Shown in pieces: positions 35,579 through 45,256 of a stretch of DNA of 64,000 bases (positions within the stretch are counted from its first letter, which is position 1; the number at the start of each line of letters is the position of its first letter). The notes beneath the pieces are model-generated. The model was not told where the DNA came from, did no database searches, and saw nothing but the letters and a program-made list of their open reading frames with translations. The stretch comes from Planctomycetota bacterium (GTDB taxonomy: Bacteria; Planctomycetota; Phycisphaerae; Tepidisphaerales; Tepidisphaeraceae), in NCBI GenBank assembly GCA_026693085.1, contig JAPLNB010000316.1, positions 21,474 to 85,473 of the forward strand, in the 5' to 3' direction. Both the position numbers and the translations under genes were made by a program.

Positions 35579-35771
35579 GGTCGTTTCCCAGTCGATGCCA
35601 CCCCACACCCCCTCGCCAGGGGCTTGTCTCGGAATTGCCAGACATGCACGGCGACCATAAGAACTCTCCAACGGGACGCGCATCGCCTTCGGACTACGCC
35701 ACAGACGGGACCGGCCCCTCGGCCGGTCCCGTGCCCTGGCATTGCTGGCTGGCCGCTGAAAAAGCGGTCGC

Positions 35772-36257
35772 TTACGACACGCCCTCGGCGGGGTTGTACT
35801 TGGCGGGCACGTTGCCCTTCACATCCCCGGTCTGCGGATCGACAATGACGTAGGTCCACTCGATCTTGCTGAAACCGAGCGTGATCTCTTCGGATGGGAG
35901 GGGGTCGGCACTGGCATTGCCGTGGAAGCTATAGCTGGTGACGATCACGTCAAAGAGCTTGTATTTGAGGTAGGGCTCTTGCTTGTTCTTAACCGTTGTG
36001 CAGAAGTGGATCTCCACCTCCTTGATGAATGTGCCGTTGGCGCACGATTCCGCGAGCTTGGTGGACGACTTGTCCAATTGGCGGACGACAACGATGTCGC
36101 CGAGGGTTGTTTCACCCTTGGTTCTCTGCATATCTCTGGCGCCCTGGGGAATGGATCGGTGGATCGGTGAGCTCATTGACTGAAGGATGATCCAGTCCTT
36201 ATGGCCTTTATCGGTCGCCTCACCAAAGATGCTACCGAGTTTCATGTAAGCAGGCAT
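35772..36257 (-). CDS. hcp: T6SS tube protein Hcp (TssD)
   Basis: 'MPAYMKLGSIFGEATDKGHKDWIILQSMSSPI...' and 'ITLGFSKIEWTY' are Hcp1-family features. AGGAGA lies 7 nt before ATG 36257. Confidence 0.9.
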   Translation of the reverse strand: MPAYMKLGSIFGEATDKGHKDWIILQSMSSPIHRSIPQGARDMQRTKGETTLGDIVVVRQLDKSSTKLAESCANGTFIKEVEIHFCTTVKNKQEPYLKYKLFDVIVTSYSFHGNASADPLPSEEITLGFSKIEWTYVIVDPQTGDVKGNVPAKYNPAEGVS

Positions 36258-36446
36258 GGCAATCTCCTGGCTATGTTTCGTCTCGCCCCGGGGCATCAAG
36301 GCGGAACACCCGCTGTTCAGCCCCGGGCACTGTTGATTAATCGATCGTTTCGCGGCCTCAATCGCCGCAGAACACTCATACCTCTATTCTCGAAGCGCCA
36401 GGCGAAAAGTTGCGTGAATTCTCCGCAGAATTTGCGGCCGGTTCCC

Positions 36447-37565
36447 TCATCGGCACGGCACGCCCATGGCGCGGGTGATGGCTTGGACGAACTCGGGTAT
36501 CCCCAGGTAGCGCTGAACGTCATGATCACCGAAATCGAATGACCTGCCGGTCGCAACCACGGTTGCGCCCGATCCGTAGCTCTGGCCCATGCTGAGCCGG
36601 GGAACCGGGTCGCTGGTGACGGTGTAGATGTGGCAGATAACAGACAGGTGCCGGGGCCAGTTACCAGTTGGAACAGGAGAAGCCAGCGCATAGACATGGA
36701 TGGTTCCCAGGGACCGGTCGCTCCGCGCCCAGCACAGTGAGGCCAGCGCATTGCTGACGATCAGATTGCCCTGGCTGTGACAGACGATGTGGATGGCGGC
36801 GTTGCCGCGGCACTCCTCGCACAGTCGCCGGAAAAGCACGGCGGTGGCGACATTGCCGGCGCCCAGGACTGCTGCGGCGGCCTGTTCCTTGACCCGGCTG
36901 GGAAGCGCAAACGACCCGGCCGCCGGCGCAGAGCGAGCGGAAGTCGCACCGCTGCCGGTCACCGGGTGGTCCGACAGCGCCAGGTTGCCCAGGTCGGGAC
37001 TGAATCCAAGCCCCAGCGGGGCAGCAATGCGACCTGGCAAAGGCACCACACCGGGCAACAGGGGAGACCCCGGCACGAGCGTGGTGAGAGACTGCGCCGC
37101 CACCGAGGCGCTAACCGCTGCCGCACGAGCCACCGGCTGCAGAACGTAGTCCTTCAGGCACTGCTCGATGTCCAGCAGGAAGCTGGCAACGTGCGTCACG
37201 GATCCCGCCGTCGTGATGGAGGATTGGGCGAGAAACTCCCGGAGGCCGGGCACAAGCCCGGTCATTGGGACGAGGCCTCCGATGATCGCCCGCAGGGCAT
37301 GCTGAACGCCGGAATCGTTTCCCAGCCGGCCCAGGGCCGCTCCAACCTGCAGGGTCAGCGGGTTGCCTTCCATGTTGTACAACCCGAGAACCTTATGGTG
37401 GGCGATGTTGGCCAGTCTGACGGCGGCAGAGCGATGCTGCTCCGGGCTCGTGTTCATGCCGTTGACGTACCACAGGCGGTCGCCGCGGCAGACGGTGCTC
37501 GCTGTTTCGGGCTCGTAGGCGGTCCATTCGCCGTCGTGCGTCGGCAGTGCATTGGGTATGGCCAT
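36447..37565 (-). CDS. Alpha/beta-hydrolase (lipase/esterase-like), candidate Tle-type effector
   Basis: Nucleophile elbow 'IVCHSQGN'. Candidate Asp in 'YTVTSDPVP' and candidate His in 'FGDHDVQRY'. 'LWYVNGMNTSPEQH' is oxyanion-region-like. GGAGG lies 5 nt before ATG 37565. The ORF-track start 37808 would overlap the upstream gene by 119 nt. Confidence 0.55.
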   Translation of the reverse strand: MAIPNALPTHDGEWTAYEPETASTVCRGDRLWYVNGMNTSPEQHRSAAVRLANIAHHKVLGLYNMEGNPLTLQVGAALGRLGNDSGVQHALRAIIGGLVPMTGLVPGLREFLAQSSITTAGSVTHVASFLLDIEQCLKDYVLQPVARAAAVSASVAAQSLTTLVPGSPLLPGVVPLPGRIAAPLGLGFSPDLGNLALSDHPVTGSGATSARSAPAAGSFALPSRVKEQAAAAVLGAGNVATAVLFRRLCEECRGNAAIHIVCHSQGNLIVSNALASLCWARSDRSLGTIHVYALASPVPTGNWPRHLSVICHIYTVTSDPVPRLSMGQSYGSGATVVATGRSFDFGDHDVQRYLGIPEFVQAITRAMGVPCR

Positions 37566-37689
37566 TTCAACCTCCACTCCGTGTTCGACGCGAAGGCCTT
37601 GAGGGGACGGCTGCGGCCGCACTTCACAAAGCTCGTTCAAGGCTGCCTGCTTCGTCCACCGCGATGCAGTGCCGTAGTACCACATGCAC

Positions 37690-38247
37690 TCATCCCAGCA
37701 GCGCCTCGAGATAACGGGCCGGGCTTGGGATGAACAGTTGTTGACCACCCCCATGCCGATACCGAGGCGGACGATCGGGGAACCAACCGCAGTATGCATC
37801 GGACGCAACGCTTTGAAGGCACTCGAAATGGCTCTTGACCTTGAACTTGTGAAGGCGCGTCTGTTCTGGGTACATGCCGAGCTTGTCGGGATCGGTGGAC
37901 GGAAAGGTGAACCAATTCCCGGGGACAGTTCCGAGTTTCTCGGCGGGATCCCGGTAGCTGTGCAGCGGATCGCCCTTACGGAAGATGCGATTGGGGTTCA
38001 CCGGAAGCTCGAAGCAAATGCCCTGCATCCAGGAGACGACTTTGTAGCCACGGCCGTTGATCTTTCGAAGCCATGGGCTGTTCTCGGGGGTCCAAAGCAC
38101 ATCGCGACGGACATTCTCCTGGAAGAAGCCAAACGCGCTGGCCATGTTCACTCGCGCGGCATTCCCGGGAACAGGCCAATCGGCGAGGGCAATGAACTCA
38201 TCGATGGTAATGCGGCCACGGAACATGGGATTGAACACGGGTTTCAT
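37690..38247 (-). CDS. Hypothetical 185-aa protein, possible TNT-like NAD+ glycohydrolase toxin
   Basis: True ATG with AAAGG upstream. The C-terminal 'LHKFKVKSHFECLQSVASDAYCGWF...HGGGQQLFIP' resembles the TNT pattern 'y.y.v.k.l.v..g.ia.wfgqpGGG.Qy' (from memory). No signal peptide. The CDS call is firmer than the functional call. Confidence 0.5.
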   Translation of the reverse strand: MKPVFNPMFRGRITIDEFIALADWPVPGNAARVNMASAFGFFQENVRRDVLWTPENSPWLRKINGRGYKVVSWMQGICFELPVNPNRIFRKGDPLHSYRDPAEKLGTVPGNWFTFPSTDPDKLGMYPEQTRLHKFKVKSHFECLQSVASDAYCGWFPDRPPRYRHGGGQQLFIPSPARYLEALLG

Positions 38248-38463
38248 ATCGACCTTTCTCGCCGGAACGATCGAACCCAGGCAACGCAGGACTGCAGATG
38301 GCCTTTCTTGACCTCATAAGAAGTCGTCGAGAGGCACGCAGACAAGAGAGCAGGCGATCTTCTCGATGGCCGCCTGTCTCCCGGTACCTCGTGATCCTTC
38401 CTGAACACTACGGGAACCAAGTGGAGGACGAGATGTCGGATCAACGAGTACGTACCAACGCTG

Positions 38464-41178
38464 TTATTCGATTGCGTAGTTGAACTCTCCCTTCTCGTTT
38501 ATCCCCACCTTCACCACCTTGATCGGCTGGCCCTCGGCCATGCGGGCGAGGAACTCAGCGGAAAGGTCGGGCAGGAGCGTGCGGGTCAGGATGTGGTCGA
38601 TGTTGCGTGCCCCCGTGTGGACTTCCCTGCACCGCTCGGCAATGCTGCTTACGACCTCGGGGGCGTAAGTGAAGGCGGCCTTGTAGTTCTCGCGGATGCG
38701 GCGCACTATGCGGCCAAGCTGGAGCTCGATGATCTTGCGCATGTCCGAGTCGCACAGCGGGTAGTAGGGCACGAGCGTCACGCGGCCCAGGAACGCGGGC
38801 TTGAAGGTCTTCTGGAGTTCCGGGTGCAGCGTTTCGGCCAGCGCCTGTGGGCCTGGGCGGGTCTCCGGGTCGGCGCAGAGCTTCATGATCAGGTCCGTGC
38901 CGGCGTTGGAAGTCATAATGATCACCGTGTTCTTGAAATCGATGTCGCGGCCTTCCCCGTCGCGCAGCGACCCCTTGTCAAACACCTGGTAGAAGATGTC
39001 CTGCACGCCGGGATGGGCCTTTTCCATTTCATCGAGAAGCAGAATGCTGTAGGGACGCCGGCGGACCGCCTCGGTGAGCACGCCGCCCTCGCCGTAGCCG
39101 ACGGACCCGGGAGGCGAACCCATGAGCAGCGATACCTTGTGTTCCTCCTTGAACTCCGACATGTTGATGACGGTCATGTTCTGCGTGCCGCCATAGAGCA
39201 GCTCGGCCAAGGCGATGGCGGTCTCGGTCTTGCCGACGCCGCTGGTGCCCACCATGAGGAAAACGCCGATGGGCTTGCGCGGGTCGGTCATGTTGGCCCG
39301 CGAGGTGCGCATCGCCTGGGCAATGGCATCGAGGGCGTGGCTCTGGCCGATGATCCGCTCCTCCAGCTTCTGCCGCAGCGTGAGGACGGTCTTGATCTCG
39401 TCGCGGACCATCCGGCCGACGGGGATGCCGGTCCAGCCAGAGACGATCGACGCAACCGATTGCGCATCAACACAGACGGAAACCAGGGGCGATTCGCCCT
39501 GGAGGCTCTTGAGTTGGGCGGTCAGACTTCCCATTTCACTGCGCAATCGCTCGGCTTCCTGCGGCGAGACCGGTGCCCCGGAGGGAAGCGTCTTGGCCGG
39601 AGCCTTCTCCACAAGCTTCCCGCCCGCCGCCTCCGCTGGCGCCGCGGAGGCCTCCAGCGTGCCGCGAACCCTGCGGATCTCGGTAACAAGCTGCATTTCG
39701 TCTTTCCAACGCTTCTCCAGAACGGCGAACTCGCTCTCGGCCTCCGCTCTTAGTCTGTTCAGCTCCGCCAGGCGGTCGCCATGCGCAGCACCGGCGGCGG
39801 CCTCGCGGCCGAGGATCTCGATCGCTGTGACGTACTCGTCGATGCGCCGGCGGCAATCCTCGATCGCCGGCGGCGTGGAGCTGTGTCCGATCGCCACCCG
39901 AGCGCAGGCGGTATCCAGCACGCTCACGGCCTTGTCGGGGAGCTGGCGGCCGCTGAGGTGGCGGTGCGAAAGGCGGACGGCATCGACGGCCGCCTCATCC
40001 AGGATGCGCACCTGGTGGTGTTTTTCCAGCGTCCCGATCAGGCCTCGCATCATATCGATGGCCGCCTGCTCGGAAGGCTCGTCCACTCTGACAACCTGGA
40101 AGCGACGGGCCAGAGCGGCATCCTTCTCGAAGTACTTCTTGTACTCGGCCCACGTCGTGGCGGCGATGGTCCGCAGTTCGCCGCGCGCCAGGGCCGGTTT
40201 GAGCATGTTCGCCGCGTCCCCCTGCCCGGCCGCGCCGCCCGCGCCGATCAGCGTATGGGCCTCGTCGATGAACAGGATAATGGGCGAGGGGGAGGCCTTG
40301 ACCTCTTCGATCACGCCCTTGAGCCGGTTCTCGAACTCGCCCTTGATGCCAGCGCCGGCCTGCAGCAGGCCCAGGTCCAGCGAACGGACCGACGCCCCGC
40401 GCAGTGCCGGGGGCACATCGCCGGTGGCCACGCGCTGGGCGAAAGCCTCCACGACGGCCGTCTTGCCCACGCCGGCCTCACCGGTGAGGATCGGGTTGTT
40501 CTGCCGGCGGCGGGTGAGGATATCAACAATCTGCCGGACCTCCGAATTCCGCCCCAGCACCGGGTCCACCTGCCCCGACTTGACGCGGGCGATCAGGTCG
40601 ACCGTGTACTGGTCAAGGCACGGGGTCTTGCCCGCTCCGCCCGGCCGGGGCGAGGGGGCAACTCCGGCCGCCGCGGACGGCACCGCCGCGCTCCCGGCCT
40701 CGGCCGTCGAGGCGATCAGGTCCGACAGGTCCTTGCGCAGTGCCTCGGGCTGGATCCTCTGGAGTTCCGGCGACGCCTCCCTGGCCTGACGAGCCAGGGA
40801 GTCATCCGACAACAGCGCGTAGAGAAGGTGGCTCGAGCGGACGCGGTCGGCGGCGAATTCCACCGAAGCCACCAGCCAGGCCTCCCGCACCAAGCTCACC
40901 AGGGAAGGGGAGAGCGCCGGCGGCCGTGCATTGCCGGTTTTCAGCCGATCAATCACCCGCGTCAGGTCCTGCATCACCCGCGATACATCCACTTCGTAGT
41001 AGCGGAAAAGGGCTGCCAGGTCCGTGTTCGGAGCCTCGGCCAGCTTCAGCATCCAATGCTCAATCTCTACGTTGTAGTTGGTCCGCGACAGGCAAAGCCC
41101 CGCGGCGGCCTCTAGCCCGCTCCGGCAATGGTCGTCTAGCTTCCCAATCAGGGGTTTCAGATTCAACGTGGCCATCAA
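38464..41178 (-). CDS. clpV: T6SS AAA+ disaggregase ClpV (TssH)
   Basis: 904 aa. Clp N-domain plus two AAA+ modules with Walker A 'GEAGVGKTAVVE' and 'GTSGVGKTETA'. The likely true ATG is at 41175. Confidence 0.95.
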   Translation of the reverse strand: MMATLNLKPLIGKLDDHCRSGLEAAAGLCLSRTNYNVEIEHWMLKLAEAPNTDLAALFRYYEVDVSRVMQDLTRVIDRLKTGNARPPALSPSLVSLVREAWLVASVEFAADRVRSSHLLYALLSDDSLARQAREASPELQRIQPEALRKDLSDLIASTAEAGSAAVPSAAAGVAPSPRPGGAGKTPCLDQYTVDLIARVKSGQVDPVLGRNSEVRQIVDILTRRRQNNPILTGEAGVGKTAVVEAFAQRVATGDVPPALRGASVRSLDLGLLQAGAGIKGEFENRLKGVIEEVKASPSPIILFIDEAHTLIGAGGAAGQGDAANMLKPALARGELRTIAATTWAEYKKYFEKDAALARRFQVVRVDEPSEQAAIDMMRGLIGTLEKHHQVRILDEAAVDAVRLSHRHLSGRQLPDKAVSVLDTACARVAIGHSSTPPAIEDCRRRIDEYVTAIEILGREAAAGAAHGDRLAELNRLRAEAESEFAVLEKRWKDEMQLVTEIRRVRGTLEASAAPAEAAGGKLVEKAPAKTLPSGAPVSPQEAERLRSEMGSLTAQLKSLQGESPLVSVCVDAQSVASIVSGWTGIPVGRMVRDEIKTVLTLRQKLEERIIGQSHALDAIAQAMRTSRANMTDPRKPIGVFLMVGTSGVGKTETAIALAELLYGGTQNMTVINMSEFKEEHKVSLLMGSPPGSVGYGEGGVLTEAVRRRPYSILLLDEMEKAHPGVQDIFYQVFDKGSLRDGEGRDIDFKNTVIIMTSNAGTDLIMKLCADPETRPGPQALAETLHPELQKTFKPAFLGRVTLVPYYPLCDSDMRKIIELQLGRIVRRIRENYKAAFTYAPEVVSSIAERCREVHTGARNIDHILTRTLLPDLSAEFLARMAEGQPIKVVKVGINEKGEFNYAIE

Positions 41179-41207
41179 GGCTCCTTATTCAGAGTGATCC
41201 GATCCGT

Positions 41208-42323
41208 CTAGACGTCGTCCAGGCGGAATGACGCGTCATACCGATCCTGCTTGACAGGAAGCGAGCACAGCCAGATGTTGCGGCCGAGCCTGGGCCGGTC
41301 CGCCCCGACGGACGCAAGCCTGCATGCGGGAACCTGGTCCGCTTGCAGCGACGGCTCCACAGCAAAATCCACCTCGATGCCGACATAGGCGCGCACCATT
41401 TCGCAGAGGGGGCGCAGGTTTGTCCCCTCCGGAAGAAACTCGCGGAATTCCTCGTAGCCCAGTGGCCCCAGGCAGATGCGGAAGTTGGACTGCACATCCC
41501 ACACCCGCTCGCCGACCACCAGCTCGCCGGTCAATCGGGCATGCTGACCGCGCGGAAGGCCCGGGCCTGGCAGGCGCGACCGGTCGCCGGCTTCCAGCAT
41601 CAGCCACTGTCCCTGGAACTGCTTCACGCGGGCTGGCACGCCGAAGTAGTCGGACAGCATCCGCTCCAGCGAAACGGCGCACCGCGGGAAATGGGCGTAA
41701 TGGCCGGCGTAGTGGACCAGCACCTCGTCAGGCAACCGGGTGTGTCCACGCAAGCCATCAGTGCCGAGCCCGACCAGCGAATAGAGCGATTGTGTGAAGG
41801 GATCGGCAGTGCCGGGCGGGGCGTGGCACCGCGCCCATTCGTAGCCGACGTAGAAACGCTGTTTCTCCCAGGCGCGGTAGAAGAGGGAGGTTAGACGGTG
41901 ATTGAACAGGTCCAGGAAATCCTGGGACGCCGCGTCCTTGTCCCGGAGTCGCTGGATCAGGAGCGAAGTGTAGTGCCTCGGCAGGACGCCCTGTGGGCCG
42001 AAGAGGCCGAGGAACGTGACGATCATCTCGGGCGAGCGTGCGGTGGTTCCTGTGCCTTCCTGCGGCACCGGGGCAGGTCGGACCTCCGCGATCGTGGAGG
42101 CCGGAAAGGCCAGCGACGGGAGCGCCCGGAATCGCACCGCTTCGCGCTCGGGCGACTGGTCGCGCCCGACGCGCGGGTCGGTCCGGTCGTTCACGGGATT
42201 GCCCGCGCGGTGCGCAGCGTCCTTCTGGAGCAGTCGCACTGCCTGGAAGAAATCGAACTGGCTGGGCTCGGCAGACAACTGATCGATCAGAGCAGAGCCC
42301 GCTCGCCCACTCGCGGCATCCAT
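41208..42323 (-). CDS. tssG: T6SS baseplate protein TssG
   Basis: 'SQFDFFQAVRLLQ' and 'IVTFLGLFGPQGVLPRHYT...FLDLFNHRLTSLFYRAW' are TssG features. ATG 42323 follows GGGGAG. The ORF-track start at 42488 is rejected. Confidence 0.9.
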   Translation of the reverse strand: MDAASGRAGSALIDQLSAEPSQFDFFQAVRLLQKDAAHRAGNPVNDRTDPRVGRDQSPEREAVRFRALPSLAFPASTIAEVRPAPVPQEGTGTTARSPEMIVTFLGLFGPQGVLPRHYTSLLIQRLRDKDAASQDFLDLFNHRLTSLFYRAWEKQRFYVGYEWARCHAPPGTADPFTQSLYSLVGLGTDGLRGHTRLPDEVLVHYAGHYAHFPRCAVSLERMLSDYFGVPARVKQFQGQWLMLEAGDRSRLPGPGLPRGQHARLTGELVVGERVWDVQSNFRICLGPLGYEEFREFLPEGTNLRPLCEMVRAYVGIEVDFAVEPSLQADQVPACRLASVGADRPRLGRNIWLCSLPVKQDRYDASFRLDDV

Positions 42324-43901
42324 TGTCGTATCTCCCCGTCGTGTTCGCTGGCAGCCACCAGCCGGGTAAATGAGTTGATCGAGGCATACAGGGTCAGGAA
42401 CCGTTCCAGGACGGCGGTGAACAGGAACGCGCTGCGATCTGAGAATCGCTGCGGGTCCAGCTTCAAGGCGACTTCCACGCCTCGGCAAACACCGCCGGAC
42501 GTGACGCCCGCGACGCGACCCACGATGCGCCGGTGGCGAATGTCCAGGACGCCGGCGATCTTGCCTCGCGTATCAGCTGTGTCGACCAGGTCGTAAAGGG
42601 AAAGGATCTCGCGCAGGGCGTCAGGCCGCCCTTCCGCATCGCCCAGCGAGAGTTGGTTGAGGACCAGATGAGAGACCAGCCGCCAGAATATTCCCTCGCG
42701 CAGCGCCGGCCGTCGCGTGGCAGTGGGCGGCGTGAGACAGCGGGTGACGACCGGCCCGCCGGCCTGCAACTGGAATCCCGGTCGCCCCCCGCCGAACGGA
42801 GGACGGCTCAGCAGGTCGAGATTGAGGCACGTGGTATGCTCGTCCAGGACCCACTCTCCGGAGAGTGCCGGCGAGTCCAAGTCGACCTGCGCCAGGAACA
42901 TCTCCGTGCTCGCGATGGGTCAACTTGATCGGCTCGGCTTTCTTCTTGAACAGGTTGACGATTGGCGTGCACCCGAGACGGAATGTCTCGCCGGAGATGT
43001 TCGTTTCCAGGTCGGTCGAGGAGCGGTCGTGGTAGAGCCGGACCTGGAGCGTGTTTCCGAACCCCTGGAGAAGAGCCGGCTCGGGCAGGGCAATGTCCAC
43101 GAACAAGAACTTCTGCGGAAATGCAAAATACTCCGACAAGAGCCGGTAACCCGGGAACGAGCGAGCCGGGCACGGCACCAGGCCCTCGCTGAGGCCGAAT
43201 CCGACGGGGTGGAGAACGCGACTGTCCAGGACAACGGGCCTGGTGTCGCCGCCCGATCGCGCCAAGGCCACCTGGAGGGTGTTGTTGAAGATCAGCTCAT
43301 AGAGTGCGAAGGCATACGGGGCCTGGCCGTGCAGGAAAAACCGGAGGCTTGGCATCCGCAGCTTGGCAAAGGTCATCTCCTCGCCGAAGCAGCGCAGGTC
43401 GATGGCCAACATCGCGGCACATGCCGATGGCAGACCCGGCGGCGGCAGGCCCAACCGAGCCAGCTCGGCTCGCGCCACCTCGATGGGCCACACCGTGGTG
43501 GGATAGCAGGTCCTGAAGCAGCAGGCGTCCCCGTCGCTATTCGGGTTCGAACCCAACAGCGACCCGGCATCGATCGGATACCCCTGGGCCAAGTCCGCCT
43601 GCCCGCGGTTCAGCTCGAACTGCGCGACAGCCATGGACGGCCAGGGCGCCAGGTAATGGGGGTACAACGCGCCCAGCATCGCCTCGGCGATCTCCGGGAA
43701 CTCATCGTCCAGCTTGCGGCGAATGCGCGCCGTGAGGAAAGCGAACGCCTCGATCAGGCGTTCAGCATGGGGATCCTGGCAGGCCTCGGGGCTGAGGCGC
43801 AACCGCTCGGCAACTCGGGGATTCTCCTGGGCAAACTGCCCGGCCAGTCGCCGGATGAAGCTCAGCTCCTGCTTGTAGTATTGCAGCAGGTCGTCGCTCA
43901 T
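42287..43901 (-). pseudogene. tssF: tssF (ImpG/VasA family) split into two frames near nt 42,900
   Basis: ORF 42621..43901 is a canonical TssF N-half up to 'PIVNLFKKKAEPIKLTHRE', then 94 aa of R/G/A-rich nonsense. ORF 42287..42901 is a TssF C-half in another frame. The two ATGs are 1000 nt apart (333 codons + 1). Confidence 0.8.
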
Positions 43902-44413
43902 CGGGCCTCTCCCTTCACCCGGAAGATCCCGTTGGCAGGCTCAAGCGTCGAGGAATACGCGACCAGCTCGGGGTTCGGCCGGACCTTGAGGACACCGTCG
44001 ATGCGGAACCGCAGCGTGCGGGTGACGGCCTCGTCTCCCTGGAGGAAGCTGACGCGCGATTCCGCAAGGCGCGGTTCGTAGCGGCGGATGATGCTCTGTA
44101 GCAGCCGCCGGAACGCTTCGCGATTGGCCTCGATATCGAGATTCGCGCTGGAGCAGTCGGGGACGCCGTAGTTGACAAGGGAGGTTTCCAGTTCCGGGTC
44201 CACGGAAGTCCCCCGTTCCGGGTCGGGCAGCGGCGACACGCAACGCCAGCGCGTATTGAGCAGGTTCTCCAAGTCCCGCCGGAGGGATTCCTTCAACTCC
44301 CGCAGGTTCTGGCCGCCGGATGCGCCCGCGTCGTCCCGGGAGCCGGAAGGCTGGTCGGTCAGCCGATCCAGGAGCGAGGGCAAGAGCGAAAGATCAGGTT
44401 CGGTCGGGGGCAC
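43898..44413 (-). CDS. tssE: T6SS baseplate protein TssE (gp25-like)
   Basis: 'LLPSLLDRLTD', 'LRRDLENLLNTR', 'SLVNYGVPD' and 'IRRYEPRL' are gp25/TssE features. 4-nt overlap with the tssF start. Confidence 0.9.
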   Translation of the reverse strand: MPPTEPDLSLLPSLLDRLTDQPSGSRDDAGASGGQNLRELKESLRRDLENLLNTRWRCVSPLPDPERGTSVDPELETSLVNYGVPDCSSANLDIEANREAFRRLLQSIIRRYEPRLAESRVSFLQGDEAVTRTLRFRIDGVLKVRPNPELVAYSSTLEPANGIFRVKGEAR

Positions 44414-44420
44414 GGGGACC

Positions 44421-45230
44421 TCAGGATGTCGCGGCCGTCGCGTCTAAACAAACCGTGTTAATCTCAACCAGGGGCATATCCTGGTCGCCGACGAGACAGA
44501 TGCGATGGCCGGCGCCGCGGACGGGCGTGCCGTCGCCGCCATGCCACTCGGTGACGCGGCCAAGCTGCACCTGCTCGTCGGCCTCCGCGTGCGAACCGGC
44601 ATAGAGCATGGCGACATAAACCTGTCCCGCGGCCGCACCACGGAGGGAGAGGCGGGCCGGCCGCCACAGGAAATCGCGGGCATGCCGCGGGGGATCGAAC
44701 TCGACCAACTCGACCTGTTCGAACGGCACCCAGTAGTACTTCCCGTTGGCGGTCAGCACCTCCAGCACGGGCGCCAGCAGGTCGTCGAGGTCGCGGAAGT
44801 CACCAAAGCTCTGTCCGTTGCAGGTCCCGGAAATGTGAGGGCGCTGGGCTTCGGCTTGTTCCAGCAGGACGGCGGCTTCAGCGAGGGCACCCTCACGCAC
44901 GCGGATGGAGGCCTCCAAGCGGAGCCGAATCCCGGCTGAGGGCGTTGCGAGGAACTCCGGCAGCCGCCCCTGGGCAAAGAAATCCTGTCTCGCCCTCTCT
45001 GCGCGGACGAGCTGCCGGAAGAGGGCGACCCCCGTCGCCGTCCTTGGATCCTGCTGACTCACAGCGTCCAGTTGGAGGTCAGCCCGGTCCAGGTCGCCCG
45101 CAAAGCACAGCATCTCGCCGAGAAAGGAGCGGGCGGCCACGTCGGCGGGCGCGGAGCGAACCGCCTCGGTTGCCGCTGCGATCGCGTCCTTGAGCGAGCC
45201 GCTCCGATAGTGTTGTTCTGCAGATGTCAT
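44421..45230 (-). CDS. tagJ: T6SS accessory protein TagJ (ImpE family)
   Basis: TPR-like N-half 'HYRSGSLKDAIAAATEAVRSAPADVAARSFLGEMLCFAGDLDRADLQLD' plus an ImpE-type C-half. GGAGAA precedes ATG 45230. Sits between tssC2 and tssE as in imp operons. Confidence 0.85.
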   Translation of the reverse strand: MTSAEQHYRSGSLKDAIAAATEAVRSAPADVAARSFLGEMLCFAGDLDRADLQLDAVSQQDPRTATGVALFRQLVRAERARQDFFAQGRLPEFLATPSAGIRLRLEASIRVREGALAEAAVLLEQAEAQRPHISGTCNGQSFGDFRDLDDLLAPVLEVLTANGKYYWVPFEQVELVEFDPPRHARDFLWRPARLSLRGAAAGQVYVAMLYAGSHAEADEQVQLGRVTEWHGGDGTPVRGAGHRICLVGDQDMPLVEINTVCLDATAATS

Positions 45231-45256
45231 TGGTTCTCCGTGAAAGGCCATCGCGG

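Noticed and set aside
35579-35683. N-terminal extensions offered by the ORF track for vgrG (to 35683), hcp (36299), tssG (42488), the histidine kinase (8364), tssB (48913), the lipase-like gene (37808) and tpsB (61960).
   Set aside because: In each case an internal ATG coincides with the family-typical N-terminus and is preceded by a GGAG-type Shine-Dalgarno sequence. The extensions are low-complexity or overlap the upstream gene.
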